Positions 26,808 through 36,998 of a DNA stretch of 64,000 nt are shown here, in pieces. This stretch comes from Candidatus Woesearchaeota archaeon (lineage in GTDB: Archaea; Nanobdellota; Nanobdellia; Woesearchaeales; JAWBMQ01): the NCBI GenBank assembly GCA_038825875.1, contig JAWBOS010000003.1, forward strand, positions 1,786 through 65,785. The letters are read 5' to 3'. Position 1 is the stretch's first letter. Every line of letters begins with the position of its first letter. Both the position numbers and the translations under genes were made by a program. The notes under the pieces are model-generated. The model worked only from the letters and a program-made list of their open reading frames with translations, was not told the DNA's origin and ran no database searches.

Positions 26808-27410
26808 ATGATATCTTTTTTTCAAGAATTTTTTTTGTACATCTTAAAATCTATGTGGTTTCTCTTGCCAGCTTATATAGCAAATTCTACCCCTGTTTTA
26901 GTATATAAACTCCCTGTTTTGAACGTACCTGTGGATTTTAATAGGAAGCTAAATGGTAAACCTATTTTTGGAACTCATAAAACTTGGAGAGGATTGGTTT
27001 TTGGAATTCTTTTTGGTATGATAATTACATATTTACAAGCCATCCTATATCAAAATTTTGAGTTCATTAAAAAAATATCTATTTATGATTATGAAAATGC
27101 TTTTTTGTTTGGGTTTCTTATGAGTTTTGGTGCCCTATTTGGAGATTTGGTCAAGAGTTTTTTTAAGAGAAGAGTTGGAATTAGAGAGGGCAAGGATTGG
27201 CCAATTTTTGATCAAATTGATTTTATTGTTGGTGCTCTTGTCTTTACTCTTCCATATTTTGAGAAATCATTTATTTTCATATTTTCATGTTTTTTCATAA
27301 GCATTGTTCTTCATATATTCACAAATCTATATCTTAAACCATTATTTATGCAAGAAAAAAACTCTAAAAAGGCTAAGATAAGATATAAGAAAACATACTT
27401 TGTCTTTTAA
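26808..27410 (+). CDS. carS: CDP-archaeol synthase-like (CdsA-type cytidylyltransferase motif) integral membrane protein
   Basis: 200 aa with about 5 predicted TM helices. GDLVKSFFKRRVGIREGKDWPIFDQIDF resembles the CdsA/CarS signature S-x2-KR-x4-KD-...-D-x2-D. Confidence 0.5.
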   Translation: MISFFQEFFLYILKSMWFLLPAYIANSTPVLVYKLPVLNVPVDFNRKLNGKPIFGTHKTWRGLVFGILFGMIITYLQAILYQNFEFIKKISIYDYENAFLFGFLMSFGALFGDLVKSFFKRRVGIREGKDWPIFDQIDFIVGALVFTLPYFEKSFIFIFSCFFISIVLHIFTNLYLKPLFMQEKNSKKAKIRYKKTYFVF

Positions 27411-27424
27411 TGTTTTTTAAGTTT

Positions 27425-29935
27425 TTAGAGTTCTTTATTAAAAAACAAAAATGGTTTTTTGTCGATCTTTTTGGATATTATCCATTTTGTTAGATCTCCA
27501 ACTAAAAATATCGAGCTTGTGATTAAGGAAATAAAAAGGATTTCTTTTGGATCTATCCATGCATTCCCTAAAATCTTAGCAAGAGGTTCAAAGTAAATAG
27601 CAATTAAACTTCCAATCAAAGCAACTATTGCTCCAACAAGTAATTTTTTGTTGCTTAAGAAACTAACAAATGTAGTTCTGTGCAGTTCTACAAATACAAA
27701 AGCACAAAATATTTCAGACATAGTAATAGTAACAAAAGCTACAGTTCTTATTCTTTCTATCGAAGAATTTTGATGTGCCATGTAAAAAAATAATAGCAAA
27801 TTTAAACATAACAGATATAGCCCTAGAGTTAATATTATAATTATGTATTTTTTTGTTATTAATGGTTCATTTCTCTTGATAGGTTTCAAATTCATTGTGT
27901 TTTCTGTGAAATTGGATAAACTCAAATTTATAGAGGTAATATCGTCACTAAATAAATTGAAGAAAAGAATTTGAAGAGCTGTTAAAGGAGTGGGAAATCC
28001 GAGTATTGTAGGGATCAACAAAAAACCAATTTCCAGAATTTTGCATATGAATAGATATGAAATATATTTCCTTGTATTCGCAAACACTAATCTTGCTTCC
28101 TTAACTGCATCTCTAAATGCACTAAAGGAGTTATCTATTAAAATCATATCTGCGGATTCCTTTGCTACTTCTGTACCAGATCCAACAGCAATTCCTATGT
28201 CCGCTTCACTTAGTGCTGGCGCATCATTAACTCCATCTCCAGTCATTGCTACAATGTAATCTTTTTCTTTTAGGCTTTTTACAATTTCTAGCTTCTTTAA
28301 CGGTTTTGTTCTTGCAAAAATACCATATTTTGAAGCATCATCTAACTCTCTATCCCACGTAAAAATTTCCAAATTCTTAATTCCAGCTTGTTTTGCTATC
28401 GAGTAGGCGGTTTTAGCATAATCCCCAGTAATCATCTTTACCTCTATTCCACCACCTTGAACAGTTTCTATTGCTTCTCTCACATCCTCTTTTATTGGAT
28501 CAATCATTCCTGCTAATCCTACAAATATATAATTACCAGTAAGTTCTTCCTTTAGCTTATGCTCTGTTGTTTCACGATAGCAAAATCCTATTACTCTTAA
28601 TGCTTCATCAGAAAATGTTTCAATAGTAGCTAAAACTTCTTCCTTTGAGGATATTCCATTCATAAGATGCTTTGAATTTTCAAGTAATAATGTTGGATTT
28701 CCTTTTACGATTTCATATCTCTTGCCCTCAAATTCAACTAATGCTTTCATATATCCATTTTCAGATTTGAATGGGATTATGTCTATGATAGAAAAGGATT
28801 CATTAAATTTCGCTACAGAATACTCCTTTAATGCCACATCAACAGCATCACCACTCCATCTTTCTGAATTTTCTTCTTTCTTTAGTTTTGCACTGTTACA
28901 TGCACACATAATTAGATGCATGATCTTATTTTCATTAAATGTCTTTACTACAGTTAGTTGGTTCTTTGTAATGGTTCCTGTCTTATCAGTACATATTACA
29001 TTCACACAACCCAATGCTTCAATTACACTTAATCTTTTGACCAATACCTTCTTTCTGTAAAGTCTTCTCATAGCTAGTGCAAGAGATAATGTTACTACTA
29101 TTGGTAATCCTTCTGGAATAGATGCTACAAGAAAAGCAATGCTGATTTCAATTATTTCTATTAATTTTTGATATGAAAATCCTTGATTAATTATAAAAGA
29201 TGTAATTAGGATAAAACATGAGACGAAAGCCATAGTAATGAGTAATTTTACTATATGAGATATGTGCTTGTTTAGAATCACAATTTTATCTTCTTTTATT
29301 GATTTAGCTATTTTTCCAAATTCTGTGTTTTTTCCTGTCTTTACAACGATTGCTTCACAATTTCCGCTTTTTACAAAAGTTCCCATAAAGAGTTCTGGCT
29401 CTACAGAGAAATCAAACATATTATTTTGTATTAAACTAAGGACTTTTTCAGCATTATCACTTACAATTTTTTTTACGGGAATGCTTTCTCCAGTTAATAC
29501 GGATTCATCAACTCTTAATTCTTTCTCTGAAAGAATTATGCAGTCAGCAGGAATTCTATCTCCTTCTTCAAGGTAAATCAAGTCTCCTGGAACAAGATCT
29601 CTAGCATCTATTTCAATTAGGTTTCCATTTCTGTACACCTTACATTTTGGATTTAATAACTTTCTTAGGGATTCAATAGCTTTATTTGCTCGATATTCTT
29701 GAATAAATCCTAGTAAAATAACTACTAGAATGATTATCAAGATTACAATTGATTCTGCTAATTTCTTGGAAATTACTGAAAGAACAAGAGCAAAAATCAA
29801 GATCCACGGAATAATGCTCTTAAATTGATTTAATACAATCGTAATTGCGGTATTTTTCTTTTTTGTTTCTATTTCGTTAGGGCCAAAGGTATTTAAGAGT
29901 TCTTTTGCTTTTTCATTACTAAGACCGTTGTACAT
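27425..29935 (-). CDS. P-type cation-transporting ATPase (P2-type, Ca2+-ATPase-like)
   Basis: 836 aa. The phosphorylation motif ICTDKTGTITKN, MITGD, and the hinge TGDGVNDAPAL are present. The N-terminus (GLSNEKAKELLNTFGPNE) is typical of Ca-ATPases. About 10 TM helices are predicted. Confidence 0.9.
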   Translation of the reverse strand: MYNGLSNEKAKELLNTFGPNEIETKKKNTAITIVLNQFKSIIPWILIFALVLSVISKKLAESIVILIIILVVILLGFIQEYRANKAIESLRKLLNPKCKVYRNGNLIEIDARDLVPGDLIYLEEGDRIPADCIILSEKELRVDESVLTGESIPVKKIVSDNAEKVLSLIQNNMFDFSVEPELFMGTFVKSGNCEAIVVKTGKNTEFGKIAKSIKEDKIVILNKHISHIVKLLITMAFVSCFILITSFIINQGFSYQKLIEIIEISIAFLVASIPEGLPIVVTLSLALAMRRLYRKKVLVKRLSVIEALGCVNVICTDKTGTITKNQLTVVKTFNENKIMHLIMCACNSAKLKKEENSERWSGDAVDVALKEYSVAKFNESFSIIDIIPFKSENGYMKALVEFEGKRYEIVKGNPTLLLENSKHLMNGISSKEEVLATIETFSDEALRVIGFCYRETTEHKLKEELTGNYIFVGLAGMIDPIKEDVREAIETVQGGGIEVKMITGDYAKTAYSIAKQAGIKNLEIFTWDRELDDASKYGIFARTKPLKKLEIVKSLKEKDYIVAMTGDGVNDAPALSEADIGIAVGSGTEVAKESADMILIDNSFSAFRDAVKEARLVFANTRKYISYLFICKILEIGFLLIPTILGFPTPLTALQILFFNLFSDDITSINLSLSNFTENTMNLKPIKRNEPLITKKYIIIILTLGLYLLCLNLLLFFYMAHQNSSIERIRTVAFVTITMSEIFCAFVFVELHRTTFVSFLSNKKLLVGAIVALIGSLIAIYFEPLAKILGNAWIDPKEILFISLITSSIFLVGDLTKWIISKKIDKKPFLFFNKEL

Positions 29936-30028
29936 CTATAGGTACTCTATTTAGAAATATTTATAAATTTTTCTTTTGAACTTTAGAAAAACAAGTAATC
30001 GTTTTGTAAATATCTTCATAAATTCTTA

Positions 30029-30634
30029 TCAGAAATATTTTAATAGTCGGTCTGCAAAACTTTTCCAGTCGGTTATCTTGTTTTGATATTTGTTAGCAAC
30101 ATCAGATGCTACAGTTTCGATTCTTAGTAAATAATTTTCAATGCTTTCATTATCTTTTTTTACTACTTCCTTTGCTAAATTCAATAAGTCTTTGTTTATT
30201 TCTTCTTGTCGCATTTCTCCATACTTACTATAGAAATCATTTTTTTTATAGGATCTTGCTTGGATAAAACCAATAGCACTCCCTGCTGGAATGAAAAGCA
30301 AGCTTGTCAAACCAAAATATTCTTTAGTAATTGCAGTGGTAATCGCACCACCAATTGCTCCAACTATTGAATTTATCATCTTCTTTTTATCGTAAACCTT
30401 TAGAGATTCATACAGATCCCAAAGGCTCATAAAGGTAACACAATTCTCTACTGCAATTAAAGTTTTTTTGGCTATCTTTGCTTTTTCATTGCCGGATTGT
30501 ATAATTTTTTCTAGTTCACTTTTGACATCTTCACTCTGAATATTGAATTCACTTTTAATGGTTTTTTTGAGCGGACTGAGTATTGAATCTTCATACAACT
30601 TTTGGTTTTCATAACTAAATCTTAGATTTTCCAT
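30029..30634 (-). CDS. Hypothetical protein with central hydrophobic helices
   Basis: 201-aa ORF. The central segment is MINSIVGAIGGAITTAITKEYFGLTSLLFIPAGSAIGFIQ. No motif recognised. Confidence 0.35.
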   Translation of the reverse strand: MENLRFSYENQKLYEDSILSPLKKTIKSEFNIQSEDVKSELEKIIQSGNEKAKIAKKTLIAVENCVTFMSLWDLYESLKVYDKKKMINSIVGAIGGAITTAITKEYFGLTSLLFIPAGSAIGFIQARSYKKNDFYSKYGEMRQEEINKDLLNLAKEVVKKDNESIENYLLRIETVASDVANKYQNKITDWKSFADRLLKYF

Positions 30635-30717
30635 GTTATCACTTTAGGATGGGTATGTTTTTTGTTTAATAAATTTTTTGTTTTTTATAAGAGAAATTTG
30701 GAATATGATTGACAGAG

Positions 30718-30801
30718 CGTCGGGGGAGGGATTTGAACCCTCAAGCCCTTTCGGGCACTAGCTCTCCAGGCTAGCGCACTACCTGGTTATGCGACCCCGA
30801 C
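30718..30801 (-). tRNA. tRNA-Ser (anticodon GGA), type II with a long variable arm
   Basis: The minus-strand read is GTCGGGG-T-CGCA-TAACCAGGTAG-TGCG-CTAGC-CTGGAGA-GCTAG-TGCCCGAAAGGGCTT-GAGGG-TTCAAAT-CCCTC-CCCCGAC-G. The anticodon loop cuGGAga gives GGA. It has an 84-nt length, a variable stem-loop, and no encoded CCA. Confidence 0.8.
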
Positions 30802-30874
30802 AATAAAATAACTACGTGTTGAATAAAAGTATAGTTCACTTTTTAAATTTTTTGGACAAAATATTTTTTTAAAC

Positions 30875-31501
30875 TCAAAAATAGTATTTCATTCCTTTCT
30901 TATAAATTTTCCAATACTTCTTATTGCTCAACTCTTTTCTTATGTTTTTTAGATAATCTTCAAAAGAACTCTGTGTGTCCACACTCAACATTTCTAGTTT
31001 TCCGACGTGATTTTGAAGAAAATTTGATATTTTCCTAATTTCTTTGAGAACAAAATAGGCTTTTGGTAATACTTGAATATTCTTTAGGAATGATTCACGG
31101 GATTGTTGAGTATTTTGAACATACTCTAGTACATCTTGGAGAGATGCTTCTAATTTTGGTAATATCATTCGAAGATAACCTTTATAGGCAGAGTAACAAT
31201 TTTTTAGATAAAAGTATGTGTTTCTTATATTTTCACATAGTTCTGGATCTTCTTGAGCAGCTTCAGTTTTTGCTACTATTTCTGCTAAATCTCTGAAATC
31301 AAAGTCTTTTAATTCTTCTTTAGGAATTCCACAGAGATTAGAGACTCTGTATCTTAAGTTATCCATCACATTAGAGAGAACATTTTGGTAATTTTCAGAT
31401 AATACATCTTCATCAACTATAAGAGAGAAAACATTCTTCTGTTCGTAAAAGTTTTCATCTATTTGACTTTCAAGATCTTTTCTGTTATGGGAATAGGTCA
31501 T
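30875..31501 (-). CDS. Hypothetical protein
   Basis: 208-aa ORF, acidic and helical, with no motif recognised. Confidence 0.35.
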   Translation of the reverse strand: MTYSHNRKDLESQIDENFYEQKNVFSLIVDEDVLSENYQNVLSNVMDNLRYRVSNLCGIPKEELKDFDFRDLAEIVAKTEAAQEDPELCENIRNTYFYLKNCYSAYKGYLRMILPKLEASLQDVLEYVQNTQQSRESFLKNIQVLPKAYFVLKEIRKISNFLQNHVGKLEMLSVDTQSSFEDYLKNIRKELSNKKYWKIYKKGMKYYF

Positions 31502-31680
31502 TTTTAATTTTTGTTTTATTTTATCTTATGATTTTTCGTTCGGGATTTATTTTATTAATTTTTACTTTGTTCTTGTTTTTATTTTTTTAGTTATACATTC
31601 GGAAAGGTTTCTAAATTTGTTGTTACTTTATGGTAGTTAAACTAATTTAAATATTTTATGAATTTTTAAATCTTTGTTCA

Positions 31681-32925
31681 ATGGAGTTACATGCTAGATT
31701 TTTGATTCAAGATGAGAATACTGTTCTTGAGAATTGTATAATTTTAATTCAAAACGGAATCATTAAGGAAATAACTCCATCTAAAGAGTGTAAGGGAAAT
31801 AACATTGTAATGCCAGGTTTTGTTAATGCTCATACACATGCAGCAATGTATTCTTTAAGAGGATACAGTGATAATTTGCATCTCCAAGATTGGCTACAAA
31901 ATGTTTGGAAAATTGAAGAAAAGCTTACAGAAGAACTTGTTGAGATTTCTACTAGATTTGCTGTTTTAGAAATGCAAAGATTTGGAACCCTGGGATTTGT
32001 GGATCAATATTTTCATGAAATTGAAAGTGCAAAGGTTTGTGAAGAAGAGAAGATGTATTGTGCACTTGGGACACCTTTTGTTGATGATCCAAACTTTGAT
32101 AAAAGAGTTAAAAGATTTGATAAATTCCTTGAATTTGTAAAAGATTTTAGATTTATAAGGCCAATTTTTAATGTTCATGCAATATACACTACAGAAAATT
32201 CCTTTTCTGAATTGGTTATGTTAAGATTTCAAAAATATAGAGATCTTTGGTTGAATATTCATGCGGCAGAAACCAGAAAGGAAGTTTATGATTGCTATAA
32301 TAAGCATGGAAAGTATGTATTAGAATACCTAGATTCATTTTCTTTGTTGGAAAATTCAATCTTGGCTCATTGTGGATGGATTACTAAATCTGAGATTAAT
32401 CTTTTAAAGGGGAAAAATTCAATAGTTGTTCATAATCCAACCTCAAATATGAAATTAGCAACTGGTGCTCATTTTCCATATGTTGAATTTATGAATGCAG
32501 GAGTAACTGTTGCACTGGGAACTGATGGACCAGCAAGTAATAACTCTTTTAATATGTTTACTGAGATGAAAGTGATGAGTTTGTTGAATAAGCATAATTA
32601 TTGGGATTCGAAGTGTTGTTTGCCAGGGGATACGTTAAAATGTGCATTTGCTGGGTGGAAAATTTTTGGTAAGGATTATAGATTAGTTGTAGGAAACGAT
32701 GCTACTTTTATTGTTTTAGATGCATCTAACATTACACTTCAACCATTGAGAAAAGATAACATTTTTTCAAATATTGTATACTCTTTTGATGGAAAAATAA
32801 AGGAAAGCTATGTGAAGGGAGAAATAGTATTTGATGATGAAATTTATAGAAGAAAATTTGAAAATCTGATGAGTGAAGTTTATAAAATAAATTCGCTTTA
32901 CTCTAATTCGCCATCTAGTGAATAA
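31681..32925 (+). CDS. Amidohydrolase-superfamily nucleoside deaminase (MTA/SAH or 5'-deoxyadenosine deaminase MtaD/DadD-like)
   Basis: The metal-binding N-terminal motif VMPGFVNAHTHAAMYSLRG is present, as are the downstream HAAE and D-G ligand contexts. The size (414 aa) fits the ATZ/TRZ family. Confidence 0.65.
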   Translation: MELHARFLIQDENTVLENCIILIQNGIIKEITPSKECKGNNIVMPGFVNAHTHAAMYSLRGYSDNLHLQDWLQNVWKIEEKLTEELVEISTRFAVLEMQRFGTLGFVDQYFHEIESAKVCEEEKMYCALGTPFVDDPNFDKRVKRFDKFLEFVKDFRFIRPIFNVHAIYTTENSFSELVMLRFQKYRDLWLNIHAAETRKEVYDCYNKHGKYVLEYLDSFSLLENSILAHCGWITKSEINLLKGKNSIVVHNPTSNMKLATGAHFPYVEFMNAGVTVALGTDGPASNNSFNMFTEMKVMSLLNKHNYWDSKCCLPGDTLKCAFAGWKIFGKDYRLVVGNDATFIVLDASNITLQPLRKDNIFSNIVYSFDGKIKESYVKGEIVFDDEIYRRKFENLMSEVYKINSLYSNSPSSE

Positions 32926-33560
32926 ATATATCTGTCAATTTCAAGTACTCTTTTATTTTTGATTTTAATTTCCTTCGCAAAAAATGGTGCATATAACGTA
33001 AATGTTTCTGCTTCTCCTCCTTCAAAAACAGGATTGAACATTTTTTGAGATAGAAGCTCTTTCAAATCTTCCTTTGTGATTATTTTTCCAATAAGATCTT
33101 TTTTCAAACCTTCGCACATTATCTTTACTATTACAAATTTTAACCATGAAACTTCTTCTTCAAGAATGGTTTTGTATGGTTTTTTCCAGAGAAAACTAAA
33201 TACAGGTAAATTCAATTCTTCACATACAAAATTTATTCTCATTCTTTGATAGTCTGAGTTTATGGCTCCAGTTACGATTCCATTTATTTGAAATTTTTCT
33301 ATGCATTCTGCAATGACTTCTTTGAGAACGCTTAATTCGTTTTCATTAGTGCATTTTTTAATTATTATTGGGAATGGTAAGAATTTCTTTATTTCTTCTA
33401 TTTTGTCTGTAAAGGGATTGTGAAACATTAGAGAATCTTCAGCAGGAATTAATGTTATTAAGCATTTGATTTCCTTTCCACTTAATAAGCTTAATAAGGT
33501 ACTGTAACAACTATCTTTTCCATTGCTGTAAAGTACAGCTAATTTCAGATCCTCAACCAT
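32898..33560 (-). CDS. PP-loop ATP pyrophosphatase of the MJ0570 family (diphthine-ammonia ligase Dph6-like)
   Basis: AVLYSNGKDSCYS is an SGGKDS-type PP-loop at the N-terminus. The length (220 aa) and downstream blocks resemble MJ0570/Dph6. Confidence 0.55.
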   Translation of the reverse strand: MVEDLKLAVLYSNGKDSCYSTLLSLLSGKEIKCLITLIPAEDSLMFHNPFTDKIEEIKKFLPFPIIIKKCTNENELSVLKEVIAECIEKFQINGIVTGAINSDYQRMRINFVCEELNLPVFSFLWKKPYKTILEEEVSWLKFVIVKIMCEGLKKDLIGKIITKEDLKELLSQKMFNPVFEGGEAETFTLYAPFFAKEIKIKNKRVLEIDRYIYSLDGELE

Positions 33561-33631
33561 AGGTATACAGTTAGAGAAGAGATAAATTTAAAAATATCTC
33601 TATTATCTCTTTTAAAAAGAGGTGATGGAAA

Positions 33632-33820
33632 ATGAAAACAAGGTTAAATCCTGTTTCAAAATTTGTTAAAGTTCGATGTTCAAAATGTAATAATGAACAA
33701 ATAATCTTTGATAAATCTTCAACATATGTAAAATGTTTAATTTGTGAAACTCCAATAGCTAAACCTACTGGAGGAAAAGCAAAGCTTATTAATAGTCAAG
33801 TTTTAGAAGTTTTGGATTAA
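33632..33820 (+). CDS. rps27e: Ribosomal protein S27e
   Basis: 62 aa containing the C4 zinc ribbon VRCSKCNNEQ...CLICETP. It sits at the conserved position upstream of aIF2alpha. AGGTGA lies upstream. Confidence 0.8.
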   Translation: MKTRLNPVSKFVKVRCSKCNNEQIIFDKSSTYVKCLICETPIAKPTGGKAKLINSQVLEVLD

Positions 33821-33826
33821 GATACA

Positions 33827-34639
33827 ATGTACCTCGTAAAAAAAGGATTTCCAGAAGTAGGAGAATTGGTTTACTGTGAAGTTAAGTCAATTACATCTGG
33901 AGGAGCTTTTTTGGAATTGCTAGAGTATAAGAAAGATGCATTTCTTCCGACACCTGAAATTAGTGCAGGCAGAATTAGGAATCTAAGAGATTTTGTTGAA
34001 GAAGGAAAAAGAATTGTTTGTGTGGTGTTATCTACTGATCCTAAGAATAACTCCATTATAGTTTCGTTGAGAAGGGTATCTCAAAATGAAATGAGGAGAA
34101 AATTAGAATTTATTAGGCAGGAGAATAGTGCTGAGGAACTTGTCAAATATGTGGCAAATCAATTGAAAAAAGATCCAGAAAAATTATACCTTTCAATATA
34201 TGAAAACATCAAAAATAAGTATAGTTCTGTTTATGATTTTTTTATCTCTATTGTTAATGGAGAAGATGAGTTAGCTAATTATGTTGAAGATAAAACTGTT
34301 GCAACACTGTTGAAGAATGTTATTGTTGAAAGAATCAAACCAAAATTTGTGGAAAAAAAGGCAAGAATATCCTTAAAGGTTTATACTTCTCAAGGAGTAG
34401 AGTTGATAAAACAAGCTTTTAAAGAGGTTTTATCAATAAATCCTAAAAAATTTAAGTTTTCAAAGTTAAGTGCTTCATATCTTGGTGGTGGAAATTATGA
34501 ACTAGAGGTCATAGCAGGAGATTTTAAGGATGCTAATAAAGTTATTGATGAAGCAATAAATATATTAAACAGATATTTTGAGAATAAGAAGGGAATAGAA
34601 TACAGTGTTCAAGTTCTTAAGGGAGATAAGTTAAGATAA
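33827..34639 (+). CDS. eif2a: Translation initiation factor 2 alpha subunit (aIF2alpha)
   Basis: The N-terminal S1 domain (GELVYCEVKSITSGGAFLELLEYKKDAFLP) is present. The length is 270 aa, in the conserved rps27e, eif2a, nop10 order. Confidence 0.85.
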   Translation: MYLVKKGFPEVGELVYCEVKSITSGGAFLELLEYKKDAFLPTPEISAGRIRNLRDFVEEGKRIVCVVLSTDPKNNSIIVSLRRVSQNEMRRKLEFIRQENSAEELVKYVANQLKKDPEKLYLSIYENIKNKYSSVYDFFISIVNGEDELANYVEDKTVATLLKNVIVERIKPKFVEKKARISLKVYTSQGVELIKQAFKEVLSINPKKFKFSKLSASYLGGGNYELEVIAGDFKDANKVIDEAINILNRYFENKKGIEYSVQVLKGDKLR

Positions 34640-34663
34640 GCGAATATGTTAAATGAATGTTAA

Positions 34664-34849
34664 ATGAATTTCGTTAATTTCAAAATGAGAAAGTTAAGGA
34701 TTTGTCCTTCTTGTGGTAAGTATACCATGAAAGATGTTTGTGATACTTGTAATGTTAATACTGTAATTTTTAAGACTCTGAAATTTTCTTTGGAAGATAA
34801 ATATCAACAATATAGAATAAGTAAGAAAAGAGAATATTTAAAAAATTAA
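34664..34849 (+). CDS. nop10: H/ACA ribonucleoprotein subunit Nop10
   Basis: 61 aa, with RICPSCGKYTMKDVCDTC matching the Nop10 zinc ribbon. It sits at the conserved position after aIF2alpha. Confidence 0.75.
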   Translation: MNFVNFKMRKLRICPSCGKYTMKDVCDTCNVNTVIFKTLKFSLEDKYQQYRISKKREYLKN

Positions 34850-35886
34850 ATCTTAGATTCTTCCGCAATAACTTCTTCAACTTTGCTTTTCTTAGGCATT
34901 TTTTTCTGCATACTTTTCATTAGTTCTTCTTCTTCAGTTATTGCACTTCTTACAATTTTAGATGCATTCTTTATTTCCTCTACAATTTCAATGAAGTCTA
35001 AATTTCTTTGATCGTTTTCATTCTTTAATTGTTTTATTGCTTCATAAAGTTGATCTATTTGGCTCTTATTCTTTGCTAACAATTTTGAAATTACATCTAA
35101 TTGTTCTTCAAACGTAGTTGTTAGTAAATTAGCTCTTTCTCTCAAGTTTAAATATTCCTTTGTAACTTGTTTTAGAATTGTTTCTTTTTCGATTTCATGT
35201 GTTCTCTTCTCGGCTTCAAGAGTAACGAGGAACTCATTTCTTTCAGAGATAAGTTTTTGTTTCAATTCTTTTGTTTGACTTTCTAATTTCTCCTTTTCCA
35301 TTTTTAGATTTAATATCTGCTGATTCAATTCCTTGTTTTCGTTTTCTAGTAGAGTTATTTTTGTTTTTAGTTTTTCTATTTCAATATTAAGTTTTTCAAG
35401 TGATGCATTTTTTTCAGTTTTTTCTTTTTCTAAAGTAGAGAGAGTTGTTTGAAGTTCCTGATTTAGTTGATAGATTATTCTCTTTTGATCTTCTTCAATT
35501 TTGTTTATGTAATTCTGAACATTTCTCAAAGCCGTGTCCTTTTTTTCTATCTCTTCAGAGAGTTTAGTTTTTAGATTTTGAAGTTCTTCGATTAGTTTGT
35601 TTTTCTGATCAATTTCTTTTTTTAAAGCATCTATTTTTTGATTTAGGTTTTGAATGGTTTTTGCATAATCCGCATTTAATTGAGAGAGTTGATTTATTTT
35701 TTCATGTAAAGAAATTAGTTTTTTTAGTTCTGAAAGTTTTTCATTTTCTTTAGGTGGACCGGATTCTGTTTTCAATGCTTTTGCTAGTTCTAATAGAATT
35801 CTTTTTTCCTCTTCTATTTCCTTTTCATAATTTTCTAATCTTTTTGTTAGCTCAATAATTCTATCTTCAACGGTTTTAGATCGCAT
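34846..35886 (-). CDS. Coiled-coil protein (hypothetical)
   Basis: 346 aa of K/E/L/Q-rich heptad repeats throughout. No catalytic motif. Confidence 0.4.
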   Translation of the reverse strand: MRSKTVEDRIIELTKRLENYEKEIEEEKRILLELAKALKTESGPPKENEKLSELKKLISLHEKINQLSQLNADYAKTIQNLNQKIDALKKEIDQKNKLIEELQNLKTKLSEEIEKKDTALRNVQNYINKIEEDQKRIIYQLNQELQTTLSTLEKEKTEKNASLEKLNIEIEKLKTKITLLENENKELNQQILNLKMEKEKLESQTKELKQKLISERNEFLVTLEAEKRTHEIEKETILKQVTKEYLNLRERANLLTTTFEEQLDVISKLLAKNKSQIDQLYEAIKQLKNENDQRNLDFIEIVEEIKNASKIVRSAITEEEELMKSMQKKMPKKSKVEEVIAEESKI

Positions 35887-35985
35887 GATATAAAATAAAC
35901 TTCTATTTTTTTAAATGTTAGTTATCACTTTTCAGTAATTTTAATTATATGATTTAATTACTTTAATCACTTAGAATCCCTTTTA

Positions 35986-36939
35986 CTACTTTTTACACAA
36001 CTTAGCAAGAAATCCTTTTAGTTGAACTAAATCACTGCACCCATTCACTAGATTTGCCTCTACTAGTGCACATTCTTCTATGATTCTTATCTTTAAATCA
36101 TCGGGAATTGTTTCTTTTGATACGAAAGATTGAAATTGAGTAATAAAATCAATACCACTTAGAGCATATTTGTCAATTAATGATTCAAGAATAGATTGAG
36201 CTTTGAAGTAGTTCCTATTAACAATTGCGTTTAAAAGTTCTTTCATCTCATTGGGAAGAATTAAAGAAGCCATGGAATAAACCAATTCCTTAGTTATTTC
36301 TTTCTTCAATACACTGCAAGATTGAAGAATATTCTCTGCTTTTCTGCAATCCCCTTGAGAAATCTCGTACAATGCTTCTTTAGCACCTTCATCAATTTTT
36401 AAATTTTCATGTTTTGCTATCTTGTCCAATATCTTAAAAATATCCTCTTTTTGCAATCTTTTGAATTTGAAAACAGCACATCTGCTTTGAATTGGATCTA
36501 TTATCTTGGTCAAGTAATTGCAACTTAGAATAAATCTAGTTTCATTTGAATATTTCTCCATCATTCGTCTCAGTGCTTGCTGAGCAGCACTTGTCAGAGC
36601 ATCACTTTCATCTAAATATGCAATTTTGAAAGGCACATTTGGACTTTTTTTGCTTCTAGCAAAATCCTTTAATTTGCTTCTAATTACCTCTATTCCTCTT
36701 TCATCACTTGCATTCATCTCTAAAAAGTGTTCTCTGTAATTTTCTCCATAAAGCTGTTTTGCTATAACGATTGCTGTAGTAGTTTTTCCTGTTCCAGGTG
36801 GCCCTGCAAATAATAAATGAGGCATTTCTTTTTTTTCTACAAAAGATCTTATTTTAGAAATTATTTCTTCTTGGCCTACAATTTCTTCAAATTTTGAAGG
36901 CCTGTATTTCTCAGTCCACATTAAGTTTTCGAATTCCAT
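35986..36939 (-). CDS. rfcS: Replication factor C small subunit
   Basis: The Walker A motif LLFAGPPGTGKTTTA, the Walker B motif AYLDESDALT, and the SRC motif IQSRCAVFKF are present. The length is 317 aa. Confidence 0.9.
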   Translation of the reverse strand: MEFENLMWTEKYRPSKFEEIVGQEEIISKIRSFVEKKEMPHLLFAGPPGTGKTTTAIVIAKQLYGENYREHFLEMNASDERGIEVIRSKLKDFARSKKSPNVPFKIAYLDESDALTSAAQQALRRMMEKYSNETRFILSCNYLTKIIDPIQSRCAVFKFKRLQKEDIFKILDKIAKHENLKIDEGAKEALYEISQGDCRKAENILQSCSVLKKEITKELVYSMASLILPNEMKELLNAIVNRNYFKAQSILESLIDKYALSGIDFITQFQSFVSKETIPDDLKIRIIEECALVEANLVNGCSDLVQLKGFLAKLCKK

Positions 36940-36998
36940 GGTTTTTAATGATAAGTTTTTACTTTTACTATTTATGTTTTTCTATAATTTTCTATAAT

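Noticed and set aside
36940-36998. The tandem ttctataattt duplication upstream of the rfcS start
   Set aside because: It is a short, single duplication within an AT-rich promoter and is plausibly two overlapping TATA-like elements. It is too small to call a repeat element.
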